From Octopus sinensis (lineage: Eukaryota): a stretch of 11,974 nucleotides of DNA. This document shows, one piece after another, positions 1 through 8,879 of this stretch. Under the pieces are notes generated by a model, which saw only the letters and a list, made by a program, of their open reading frames with translations, was not told the origin of the DNA and did no database searches. The stretch spans positions 1 through 11,974 of the forward strand of contig NW_021826838.1 in assembly GCF_006345805.1 (NCBI RefSeq). The letters are read 5' to 3'. The position numbers and the translations under genes are program-made. Numbering within the stretch: the stretch's first letter is position 1; each line of letters starts with the position of its first letter.

Positions 1-160
1 ATGATGATGATGATGAGATGATGATGATGATGATGATGATGGTAATGATGATGATGATGATGATGATGATGGTAATGATGATGTGATGATGATGGTGATG
101 ATGATGGTAATGATGATGGTAATGATGATGATCATGATGATGGTAATGATGGTGATGATG
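1..160. repeat. Imperfect (ATG/GAT)n trinucleotide microsatellite, running off the window start
   Basis: Direct: ATGATG... with GGT/AAT interruptions. Confidence 0.95.
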
Positions 161-506
161 ACTTTGATAAGTCATCGTGCTTGGTTTCGTAGCTATAGTG
201 CTTATGTATAAAGAGCAATCCATAACTCTTTCATTGTTGTTGTTCTTGACGTTGATGTTAGCGACGATGGTTACGGAGTCGAGAGACGGACGATAACAGA
301 CACAATATCAAATCGATACATACACACATATATATTATATATATATATATATGAATATGTATGTGTGTTAGAGTACATTACTGTGTGTGTGTGTATGGGT
401 GTGTGTGTGCATCGATTGATAGCTAATGGGTAGAATACAGTAATATAAGAATAATAATGCTGTTTTTCAAACTACATGAACTAAAAGTCGGAGGGGGACG
501 GGATAA

Positions 507-541
507 ACTACCTGCATCAACTTGCTATAAATGCAGGTAGT
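507..541 (+). promoter_or_regulatory. Candidate TATA box (TATAAAT, 526-532) inside an 11-bp perfect inverted repeat, upstream of the mariner ATG
   Basis: ACTACCTGCAT (507-517) and ATGCAGGTAGT (531-541) are exact reverse complements. TATAAAT starts 95 bp upstream of ATG 621. Function is inferred only. Confidence 0.4.
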
Positions 542-620
542 AATTTTACCTTGTACTTATTCTTAGCACAGATTCTGAAGAGTGCAGTTCGATTTTAACA
601 GTTATTTTTTCAAAGCTATA

Positions 621-1440
621 ATGGCAGTAACAAAGGACCATATTCGGTATATTTTGCTTTATGAGTTCAATAAAGGGAACAACGCAACGGAAACTGCGAT
701 GAATAAGGCGGCGAGATGGCAGAATCTTTAGCACGCCGGGCGAAATACTTAGCGGTATTTCGTCTGCCGCTACGTTCTGAGTTCAAATTCCGCCGAGGTC
801 GACTTTGCCTTTCATCTTTTCGGGGTCGATTAAATAAGTACCTGTTATGCACTGGGGTCGATATAATCGACTTGATCCGTTTGTTTGTCCTTGTTTATCC
901 TCTCTGTGTTTAGCCCCTTGTGGGTAGTAAAGAAATAGGAAACTGCGATGAATATTAATGCAGTATATTGGGATCGGACAATAAGCGTTAGCAAGTGTCA
1001 ACGGTGGTTCCAGAAATTCCGAGCAGCAAACTGTTGCCTAGAAGACGAATCTCATCATGGAAGACCTGTAGAGTTCGACGAGGACATCCTGCAAAACTTC
1101 CTGGAGCAAAATCCCATCGTAACTGTTGAGGAACTAGCAGAGAAGCTTGAATTTGGTCATTCTACACTTGCGCTAGAAGGAAAACGACAATCTTTCAAGA
1201 CGAAAGGTGTTCCTCCGTCAGGATAATGCTTGGCCACATACAGCGAGGATGATATTCGAAAGACTGGAGCAGTTTGAATGGGAAACGATGTCCCACCCAC
1301 CATATCTTCCCGACAATCTCATCAAGTATTTTGCAGTCTTCAAAATCATTTGGACGGAATAATATTTCTGTAGACGAGGTCAGGACACTAATTTTCGCCA
1401 GGGACAAGTGAATTTTGGAAGAAATATATAAAAAAGCCCG
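621..1440 (+). pseudogene. Mariner transposase pseudogene (N-terminal HTH region plus frameshifted C-terminal catalytic remnant)
   Basis: 621-705 reads MAVTKDHIRYILLYEFNKGNNATETAMN and continues in frame after the SINE as INAVYWDRTISVSKCQRWFQKFR...LEDESHHGRP...TVEELAEKLEFGHST. From about 1217 another frame reads QDNAWPHTA...WETMSHPPYLPD, matching the mariner HDNARPH and HPPYSPD motifs, then CSLQNHLDG. The WVPHEL linker and first catalytic Asp are missing (deletion junction about 1165). Confidence 0.9.
706..937 (+). mobile_element. tRNA-derived SINE (probably Nin-domain type) inserted in the mariner ORF
   Basis: Perfect 17-bp TSD GGAAACTGCGATGAATA at 689-705 and 938-954. A-box-like TGGCAGAATC near 717 and B-box-like GAGTTCAAATTCC at 779-791. 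The central GCCTTTCATCTTTTCGGGGTCGATTAAATAAGTACC resembles the Nin domain as recalled (not searched). Confidence 0.9.
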
Positions 1441-1493
1441 CAAATATATAAAAAAAAACGCATTATTTATGGAATAACATTATTTATGGAATA

Positions 1494-1712
1494 TGTTTGT
1501 ATGTGTGCTTGTGTTTGCTCCCCACCATCGCTTGACAACCGATGTCGGTGTGTTTGCGTCCCTGTAACTTAGCGGTTCGGCAAAATGAAACGATAGAATA
1601 AGTACTGGGCTGACAAACAATAAGTCCTGGGTCGACTTGTTCGACTGAGTAGTGCTCCAGCAAGGCCGCAGTCAAATGACTGAAACAAGTAAAAGAATAA
1701 AAGAATAAAAGA
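1494..1712 (+). mobile_element. 3' half only of SINE family 1 (the family at 2533-2942)
   Basis: Aligns by eye to about 2735-2942 (CGCTTGACAACCG...CTTAGCGGTTCGGCAA...GTGCTCCAGCA..GGCCGCAGTCAAATGACTGAAACAAGTAAAAGA) and ends in (AATAAAAG)n. It starts at the position of the family's internal microsatellite. Confidence 0.9.
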
Positions 1713-1714
1713 AA

Positions 1715-1870
1715 CACATACATCATACATACATACATACATACATACATACATACATGGATACATACATACATACATACATACATACATACATACACAC
1801 ACACACACCACACACCACACACACACACATATATATATACACACACACACATATTATAATATATATATAT
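1715..1870. repeat. Compound microsatellite (ACAT)n-(CA)n-(TA)n
   Basis: Direct. Confidence 0.95.
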
Positions 1871-1900
1871 CAAAATAAGCAAAAAGTATATCCAGATGTA

Positions 1901-1988
1901 ATGCAGTACGATCGTTTCATGCAACACCATTTAATTCAACAATGCAATCATTGCATCAATTTAAATGCAGAGCAATCTTCAGCTGCAC
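1901..1988 (-). ncRNA. Type I hammerhead ribozyme-like motif with canonical core and long stem II
   Basis: Minus strand: GUGCAG (stem I) - CUGAAGA - 57-nt stem II region - GAAA - C GAUC G UA - CUGCAU (stem I'). Stem I has 6 bp including one G-U, stem III lies in the palindrome ACGAUCGU, and the GUA triplet predicts cleavage between 1907 and 1906. Confidence 0.75.
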
Positions 1989-2487
1989 AAAGCCATAGAA
2001 TTTAAATTAAAACAGATGGACACATTAGTATAATTATACCTAAAATCTCCAAGAAGTTAAGGAGATAGACAAGAACATGCTACCTTCACTCCAGTATAGA
2101 AGCTACTAAGACTTTGACTTCACAGATTTTTTAATGTTTTTATGGGGTCAGTTTTAATTTATAGACTAGTTTATCAAATCCTTGTATATCTAAGACTGAG
2201 AGAACAAAGGGGCAGTGTCTATTAGGGGTAGAGGTGAGGGAGCAGACGGAAATCATAGTTGGTATAGTCATAAAAATCAAGATTTATTAGAAGCAATATC
2301 ATGAGGTTCGGTAAAGGAAAACTTAAAAAGATGTTAGCTGACAATTAAAGGGGTCGCCCACTAGCAGACCATTGATAATGAAACAGAAGTCTTATCACGT
2401 AGTACTATAGTTAAAATATTTTAAACAACGTTGCATATTTTATACAGTAAAGTTATTCAGAGGATTATAGAAGAATATTATACAAAA

Positions 2488-2532
<45 letters not shown>
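2488..2532. repeat. (AT)n microsatellite
   Basis: Direct; abuts the 5' end of the SINE at 2533. Confidence 0.95.
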
Positions 2533-2534
<2 letters not shown>

Positions 2535-2700
2535 CGCAGGAGTGGCTGTGTGGTAAGTAGCTTGCTAACCAAACACATGGTTCCGGTTCAGTCCCACTGC
2601 GTGGCATCTTGGGCAAGTGTCTTCTGCTATAGTCCCGGGCGACCAATGCCTTGTGAGTGGATTGGTAGACGGAAGCTGAAAGAAGCCTGTCGTATATATG

Positions 2701-2731
<31 letters not shown>

Positions 2732-2942
2732 GTTTGTGTGTCTGTGTTTATCCCCCTAGCATTGCTTGACAACCGGTGCTGGTGTGTTTACGTCCCCGTC
2801 ACTTAGCGGTTCGGCAATAGAGACCAATAGAATAAGTACTGGGTTTACAAATAATAAGGCCGGGGTCGATTTGCTCGACTAAAGGCGGTGCTCCAGCATG
2901 GCCACAGTTAAATGACTGAAACAAGTAAAAGAGTAAAAGAGA
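2533..2942 (+). mobile_element. Full-length tRNA-derived SINE, family 1 (octopus OK/OR-like by recollection)
   Basis: A box TGGCTGTGTGG (2543-2553), B box GGTTCAGTCCC (2585-2595), CORE-like GTGGCATCTTGGGCAAGTGTCTT, internal (TA)/(TG) tract and (AGTAAAAG)n tail. Homologous copies lie at 4157-4599, 7796-8184 and 1494-1712. Confidence 0.93.
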
Positions 2943-2944
<2 letters not shown>

Positions 2945-3006
<62 letters not shown>

Positions 3007-3009
3007 ATA

Positions 3010-3043
<34 letters not shown>

Positions 3044-3055
3044 GAGAGAGAGAAG
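2945..3055. repeat. (AT)n followed by (AG)n microsatellite
   Basis: Direct. Confidence 0.95.
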
Positions 3056-3065
3056 AACATAAATC

Positions 3066-3240
3066 GGCACCAGCACCACCATCATCATCATTATCATATA
3101 GAAGCAGCAACACGACTATGACCACAACCACTACCACGATGATGTCGACGGTGACGACGACGACCACCATCGCCATAACCATCACCGACGATGATGATAA
3201 CAATGATAACGACAGCAACTGCAACAACAGCAAGACGAAG
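3066..3240. repeat. Degenerate mixed trinucleotide low-complexity tract (CAC/CAT/GAC/GAT/CAA)
   Basis: Direct: in-register triplet runs. Confidence 0.8.
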
Positions 3241-4156
3241 AACAGAGATTAGGGCCATCGAAAGAGCAAGTCGGTCACCGCATCTGATGATCTCAGGGAG
3301 CCAGAATCACTGACCCTACACAAGTTGAGATTCAAGCAATCCCACTGGACGAATCACTTCAAAGGCAACAGATCTGTAAAAATTAATCGTAGTACGGCCG
3401 GGCATCATTTAGTATACCATAAAGAAACAAAGGGCCTACTTAAACAAAAGAGAGAAAGAGAGAAGGGGGTGATGATCCACAGAAATAAACAAGATAAGCC
3501 GTCCTGACGTAGCAAGTATAATTAGGGGCCAAGGAACACTAATAAAAGCCAGACTACGAATCAGAAACACAATAAAGCCACTCTCACACCAAACAGACAG
3601 AAGTAGAATACCAATAGAACAAAAAAAGTCAAAAGATTTATGTCTTTATGTGAAGAGCCGTAAGAAAAACTGCAGCGAGCTGCATGCGTTGCACACAGAA
3701 TGAAGTATTAAACATCTGCACGTTTCTTGTTAGAAAACATTGAAGAAAAAACACAAAAACAAACGGGAATAAAAAGGAAGTGAATCGATGGGTGAAAAAC
3801 GATTGGCTGAAATGAAAAATTGGAATGATTTTCCGTGGCTGTTCAGGATCAAGTGATCTTAACAAGGGGAAACTAAATGTATGTAGTGAGGCATAAAATG
3901 GCGGCTGTAAGTCGTCTAATGTGTGGTCAGTATAGAGATAAGACAGACCATTGGCTAATAGGATTACTAATACTAGACGTGACTGAGAGAATCTCTAAAG
4001 AGTAACTGCAGTTGGTTGAACAAAACGGTCAAAGTTATACAAAGTCTTTGCAAATTTTTTGCAAGAGAAAACGAAAAGTGAGATAAAAGACCAAATAAAA
4101 TGGAATGGAAAAGGTTGCTTTTTATTTATCTATTTCTTTATTTGTTTGTTTGTTTG

Positions 4157-4599
4157 TTTACTCTTTTACTCTTCTACTTGTTTCAGTCATCTGATTGAGG
4201 CCATGCTGGAGCACCGCCTTTTTTAGTCGAGCAAATCGGCCCCAGGACTTATTCTCTTGTAAGCCTTATACTTATTCTATCGGCCTCTTTTTGCCGAACC
4301 GCTAATTTACGGGGACGTAAACACACCAGCATCGGTTGTTAAGCGATGGTGGGGGGACAAACACAGACACACACACACACACACAAACACACACAAACAC
4401 ACACACACACACACAGACATATATATATATATATATGCATATATACGACGGGCTTCTTTCAGTTTCCGTCTACCAAGTCCACTCATAAGGCATTGGTCGG
4501 CCCGAGGCTATAGCAGAAGACACTTCCCCGAGGTGTCACGCAGTGGGACTGAACCCGGAACCATGTGTTTGGTAAGCAAGCTACTTACCACACAGCCAC
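4157..4599 (-). mobile_element. SINE family 1, near full length, reverse orientation
   Basis: Reverse complement matches 2542-2942; about 10 nt are missing at the 5' end. It has a longer internal (CA)/(TA) tract (about 4362-4445) and lies within (TTTA)/(TTTG) low-complexity flanks. Confidence 0.93.
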
Positions 4600-4715
4600 A
4601 TTTATTTATTTATCTATATTTGTTTATGGAGGTGAAAATGTAAGCTGGAAAAAAAGGGAAAAGAATAGAAGTGGAAGTTATGGAAGGAATTAAATTGAAT
4701 CGAAAGTCTGCGCAA

Positions 4716-4806
4716 GACGACGACGACGGCGGCGGCGGCGAAGCAGCAGTGGGAGTACGATGGCGGCGGAGGCGACGGAAGCCGCAGTAGAAGTGGTGGC
4801 GGCGGC
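4716..4806. repeat. GC-rich degenerate trinucleotide tract (GAC/GGC/GCA/GGT)
   Basis: Direct. Confidence 0.75.
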
Positions 4807-4828
4807 AAAGTCGATACCCTCCATCTCA

Positions 4829-4858
4829 GAGTTTGACTGTACTTTATTTTATCGACCC
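4829..4858 (-). mobile_element. Short fragment resembling the central domain of the SINE at 706-937
   Basis: Reverse complement GGGTCGATAAAATAAAGTACAGTCAAAC resembles GGGTCGATTAAATAAGTACCTGTTA (about 822-846). Confidence 0.45.
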
Positions 4859-5179
4859 GGTGTAATCACAGATACAAATACTACGACAAAGCATCTTTAC
4901 CGACGATTTAATGACCCCCATTAATCTTGGCCCTTAACGAAATCTAAATTTAGCACAAGATCAGCAAATTAGAAGGCTTAGTTAATTATATTGACATCCA
5001 CTTAGTATGTCCCTTGTTTTTTTATTTTATCGCTCCTCACCTCCACCCCGGGAAAGAAACTAAGCTAAGAGCATTAGACTCCTTGAAAGAAAGCCGCGGA
5101 TGTATACGAAATCAAGGACGAAAAAAAAAACCGAAGAAATGGTACACAAATACAAATGCAAATAACAGGACATTAACAT

Positions 5180-5248
<69 letters not shown>
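5180..5248. repeat. (TA)n-(CA)n-(TA)n microsatellite
   Basis: Direct. Confidence 0.95.
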
Positions 5249-5650
5249 GGAGGCGCAATGGCCCAGTGGTTAGGGCAGCGGACTCGCGGTCATAGGATCG
5301 CGGTTTCGATTCCCAGACCGGGCGTTGTGAGTGTTTATTGAGCGAAAACACTTAAAGATCCACGATGCTCCGGCAGGGGATGGTGGTGATCCCTGCTGTA
5401 CTCTTTCACCACAACTTTCTCTCACTCTTACTTCCTGTTTCTGTTGTACCTGTATTTCAAAGGCCGGCCTTGTCACTCTCTGTGTCACGCTGAATATCCC
5501 CGAGAAACTACGTAAGGGTACACGTGTCTGTGGAGTGCTCAGCCACTTACACGTTAATTTCACGAGCAGGCTGTTCCGTTGATTCGGATCAACCGGAACC
5601 CTCGTCGTCGTAACCGACGGAGTGCTTCCATTCCATTCCATTCCATTCCA
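5249..5650 (+). mobile_element. tRNA-derived SINE: head A + tail 1, ending in (TTCCA)n
   Basis: A box TGGCCCAGTGG (5259-5269) and B-box-like GGTTTCGATTCCC (5302-5314). The head matches the copy at about 7335-7500 (minus); the tail from about 5447 matches about 6863-7045 (minus). (AT)n flanks both sides. Confidence 0.92.
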
Positions 5651-5748
5651 TATATATATATATATAACAAAGTGGAGTTGTAGGGTACCGCACCAGTGGA
5701 ATTATATACGAAAGAAGATTTGAAAATGTAATTTTAAAAGATGTTTAT

Positions 5749-5793
5749 TTACTTTACCGGTTTCACTCTTTGGAAAATGATTGTCAAAAGTAA
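5749..5793 (-). ncRNA. Decayed type I hammerhead-like motif
   Basis: Minus strand: UUACUU - UUGACAA (two transitions from CUGACGA) - UC - AUUUU ccaa AGAGU - GAAA CCGG UA - AAGUAA. Stem I is a perfect 6 bp and stem III is the palindrome ACCGGU, but the core is mutated. Confidence 0.5.
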
Positions 5794-5977
5794 CACGTAG
5801 AAGTTAGGTTGCGTTGTTAATTATTGGTTGTTACAAATTGCTACATTACATATATACAGTCTTTGGTAACAAGGACATGTTAAGGGCATAAAAAAGTTTA
5901 ACAAGTTCCTTAAAATATTGGGCACAAAAGATTACTACATAAATAATCATTCTCAAGAACGTTCGAAATTTCTCCAA

Positions 5978-6023
5978 GACACCTGATGAAAGCTTGAAGG
6001 TATGTCAGCCGAAACATTGTGTT
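5978..6023 (+). ncRNA. Degenerate minimal type I hammerhead-like motif (Penelope-like element terminal-repeat type)
   Basis: GACAC - CUGAUGA - A - AGCUU...CAGCC (stem II, 3 of 5 pairs) - GAAA CAUU - GUGUU. Stem I is GACAC/GUGUU and the core is canonical, but the expected stem III palindrome ACGU reads ACAU. Confidence 0.65.
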
Positions 6024-6409
6024 AACAACAAACAAGATAAGGACGAATATCCGTCAAATCTAAATAATGTAAATAATTAAGAAAATTATATGCATATATT
6101 TCTATATATAAGAAAAGTCAAGAAAATGGAGATAAGGCAGTTAATTGCTTATTATTGACAAATTGGTCATCGCCGCTTCTAGTAAATAAACAGTTATTAA
6201 CTTCCTTATCTTCCTTTTCTTTTCTGTTTGTCCTTTTTTGTGTGTTTCTTAAATGGCTTACAAACACCTTCCACGCTGCAATTGTTTTCGTTTCAGCACA
6301 CGATCTCAGATCAAATCACTTGCTATGCAAGTACATCTCCGTAAAAATACTAAGTATTGAACCAGTATTTCCTTAGATGCAACTATCCCTTCACGAAGTT
6401 ATCCCTCTA

Positions 6410-6600
<191 letters not shown>

Positions 6601-6664
6601 AATTGACGGAATGAGATAGAAAATCCAAGGCTGTAAATAGTTTTCGGAACATTTATAGAGAAAT

Positions 6665-6712
6665 GTCTTTCAGCTGTTTCCGAGATATTTTATATATCCC
6701 TTCATCAGAGAC
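6665..6712 (-). ncRNA. Type I hammerhead-like motif with a mutated cleavage triplet
   Basis: Minus strand: GUCU - CUGAUGA - A - GGGAUAU auaaa AUAUCUC - G - GAAA CAGCUG A A - AGAC. It has a canonical core, 7-bp stem II, palindromic CAGCUG and 4-bp stem I, but the conserved U16.1 is A (6670). Confidence 0.65.
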
Positions 6713-6862
6713 GGTGCGAGGAAATGTTTAGGTATTAAGTATTAATTATTAATTATTGTAGAGAAGATATGAAATACTGAGGGAAGTAAGAGAATGAAAA
6801 TAGAAGTGAGATACCGAAGGATATTGTATTTGCAGTTCCATTATTCAAGTAGAATGGTGTAA

Positions 6863-7178
6863 GGAGCGCTCCATCAGTTACGACGACGAGGGTCCCAGCT
6901 GATACGATCAACGGAACAGCTTGCTCGTGAAATTAACGTGCAAGTGGCTGAGCACTAACAAAGACACGTGTACCCCTAACGCAGTTCTCGGGGAGATTCA
7001 GCGTGACACAGTGTGTGACAAAGCTGGCCCTTTGAAATAGAGGTATTACTCATTTTTGCCAGCTGAGTGGACTGGAGCAACGTGGAATAAAGTGTCTTGC
7101 TCAAGGAGACAACGCGTCACCGGGAATTGAACTCACGACCTTACAATCGTGAGCCGAATGCCCCTAACAACCAAGCAT
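6863..7178 (-). mobile_element. tRNA-derived SINE: head B + tail 1
   Basis: Minus strand: A-box-like TTGGTTGTTAGG, B box GAGTTCAATTCCC, then CCTTGAGCAAGACACTTT (CORE/Meta-like). From TACCT(C/G)TATTTCAAAGG onward it is homologous to 5447-5625. Confidence 0.9.
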
Positions 7179-7213
7179 AATATATGTATGTATGTATGTA
7201 TGTATATATATAT

Positions 7214-7500
7214 ATCACGTGACCGATCAGGCTATCAGATGTTGCTACACATCGCTGGTCACAATGTGCTTCGCATAGTTTTAGCCTTCAAATGACGCCA
7301 CTCCGCTGGCTAAGCGAACAGGCCAACAAAAGAAAGAATGAAAATTGTGGTGAAAGCGTACAGCAGGGATCACCACCACTCCCTCGTGGAGCTTTAGGTG
7401 TTTTCGCTCAATAAATACTCACAACGCCCGGTTTGGTAATCGAAACCGCGATCCTACGACCGAGAGTCCGCAGCCCTAACCACTGGGCCATTGCACCTCC
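7214..7500 (-). mobile_element. tRNA-derived SINE: head A + a different tail (tail 2)
   Basis: Minus strand begins GGAGGTGCAATGGCCCAGTGGTTAGGG and aligns to 5249 through about 5419. It then continues into an unrelated 3' part (GCTTAGCCAGCGGAGTGGCGTCATTTGAAGGCTAAAAC...GGTCACGTGAT). Confidence 0.88.
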
Positions 7501-7795
7501 ACACACACATATATATATGCGTTTATGTATATGTCTTTGTGTTTGCATTTGTCACCTACAACCGCTTGATACAATCGGAACATATTTGACCTCGGGCAAT
7601 GCTATCCCTATTATAGGAAAAAAGCTAAAAGATAAAAGAAAAAAAAAAGAGTGGTCAAGACTTGGTCACCTTGGTCACAACAGGATTTAAAAAATATCCT
7701 GTCCGTGTGTTAATCAACAGCACCAAGAACACCCACAATAATAACCAGCAAGAATGAGTACGAAGAAGCTCTACTGCTGAAATGGCAGCTAAATA

Positions 7796-8184
7796 GGCGC
7801 AGGTGGTAAGTAGCCTGTTTACCAACCACATGGTTCCGGGTTCAGTCCCATTGCGTGGCACCTTGGGCAAGTATCTTCTACTATAGCCTCGGGCCGATCA
7901 AAGCCTTGTGAGTGGATTTGGTAGACGGAAACTGAAAGAAGACTGTCGTATATATGTATGTAATATATATGTGTGTTTGTGTTTGTGTGTCTGTGTTGTC
8001 CCCCTAGCATTGCTTGAAACCGATGCTGGTGTGTTTACGTCCCCGGTTAAGCGGTTCGGCAAGAGAGACTGATAGAATAAGTACTGGGCTTACAAAAGAA
8101 TAAGTCCCGGGATCGAGTTGCTCGATTAAAAGCGGTGCTCCAGCATGGCCGCAGTCAAATGACTGAAACAAGTAAAAGAGTAAA
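7796..8184 (+). mobile_element. SINE family 1 with a 10-nt deletion through the A box
   Basis: Aligns to 2533-2942; reads GGCGCAGG|TGGTAAG versus GGCGCAGG AGTGGCTGTG TGGTAAG. Possible 5-bp TSD TAAAT at 7790-7794 and 8181-8185, the latter merging with the tail. Confidence 0.92.
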
Positions 8185-8750
8185 TCTCTATCACATTACT
8201 CCATCGACTTAAAAACGTAATGGATACATTGTACACTGTAGTCCTAGTTATACTATGCCATGCTTGAATATCAGCTTGATCTATGATTAAACAAAAACAC
8301 CAGCAACAGCAAGAATAGGTACACCCGATACGCTTTAGTAGTGTTAGCAGTGGACTTAATATGGCGCCTAACTTAACGCCTCACTCTGGATCTGAAGTGC
8401 CTTAAATCGAATCCACTTTATGGCAAAAATTCGAGACTCCCGTTTTCTCACCAATGTGTGAGAGGCCCAGAAAAAAATAGTTATGGGCGCTGCCACTTCT
8501 CTCGACCCTCCTCCCCTTCTTCCTCCTCCTTTTACTCTAACCTAAGCCATAAATTAAAATCAGCGGCTGACCCCTGGGGCTAAACATCAACAACCACACC
8601 AGCAACAACCACACCAACATTAATATTAAGTTTTTTCGTGATTTTTCACATTGGCACAACGAGGTTACAAATTATTTGGCGGTGGCGTGGGTGGAGCGGG
8701 AAAATAAGACCTGGGGGTGACGGGAGAGTATAAAAACAACGTTATTACAG

Positions 8751-8827
<77 letters not shown>

Positions 8828-8875
8828 AATAATATTACTACTACTACTACTACTACTACTAATAATAATAATAAT
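8751..8875. repeat. Alternating (CTA)n/(TAA)n trinucleotide microsatellite
   Basis: Direct. Confidence 0.95.
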
Positions 8876-8879
8876 ATCA

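Larger units (their letters stand above)
453..1477 (+). mobile_element. Internally deleted, non-autonomous mariner (DD34D-type) DNA transposon
   Basis: Transposase remnants inside. Candidate TIR remnants: AATAATGCTGTTTTT (453-467) versus AAAAACGCATTATT (1454-1467), reverse-complementary apart from one extra base. The outer left TIR is not recognisable, so the ends are approximate. Confidence 0.8.

Noticed and set aside
575-600. CTGAAGA in the mariner 5' UTR
   Set aside because: No nearby GAAA or stem II.
2332-2397. Possible hammerhead: UGUUAG-CUGACAA...GAAAC AGAA GUC-UUAUCA
   Set aside because: G8 is A, stem III is not palindromic, stem I has a mismatch and stem II closure is poor; compatible with chance in AT-rich DNA.
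2000-2430. Possible decayed coding remnant next to the 1901-1988 hammerhead
   Set aside because: Manual translation showed several stops and no recognisable RT or GIY-YIG motif.
2533-2610. tRNA gene calls for the SINE heads (also 5249, 7178, 7500, 706)
   Set aside because: A and B boxes are present, but I could not build a complete cloverleaf and each head continues into a repeated SINE body.
1484-3233. ORFs of 82-148 aa rich in YI/CV/HT repeats
   Set aside because: They arise from dinucleotide and tetranucleotide repeats plus SINE sequence; stop-free frames are expected there.
3284-3315. CTGATGA followed by a small CTC/GAG hairpin
   Set aside because: No GAAA follows the hairpin and no stem I partner was found.
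3905-3990. Loose hairpin (TGGTC/GACCA, GTCTA/TAGAC) considered as a pre-miRNA
   Set aside because: Pairing is short and interrupted, far from a typical long precursor stem.
5270-5641. 123-aa minus ORF and 83-aa plus ORF
   Set aside because: They lie within a SINE whose parts are repeated elsewhere in the window, with no protein motif.
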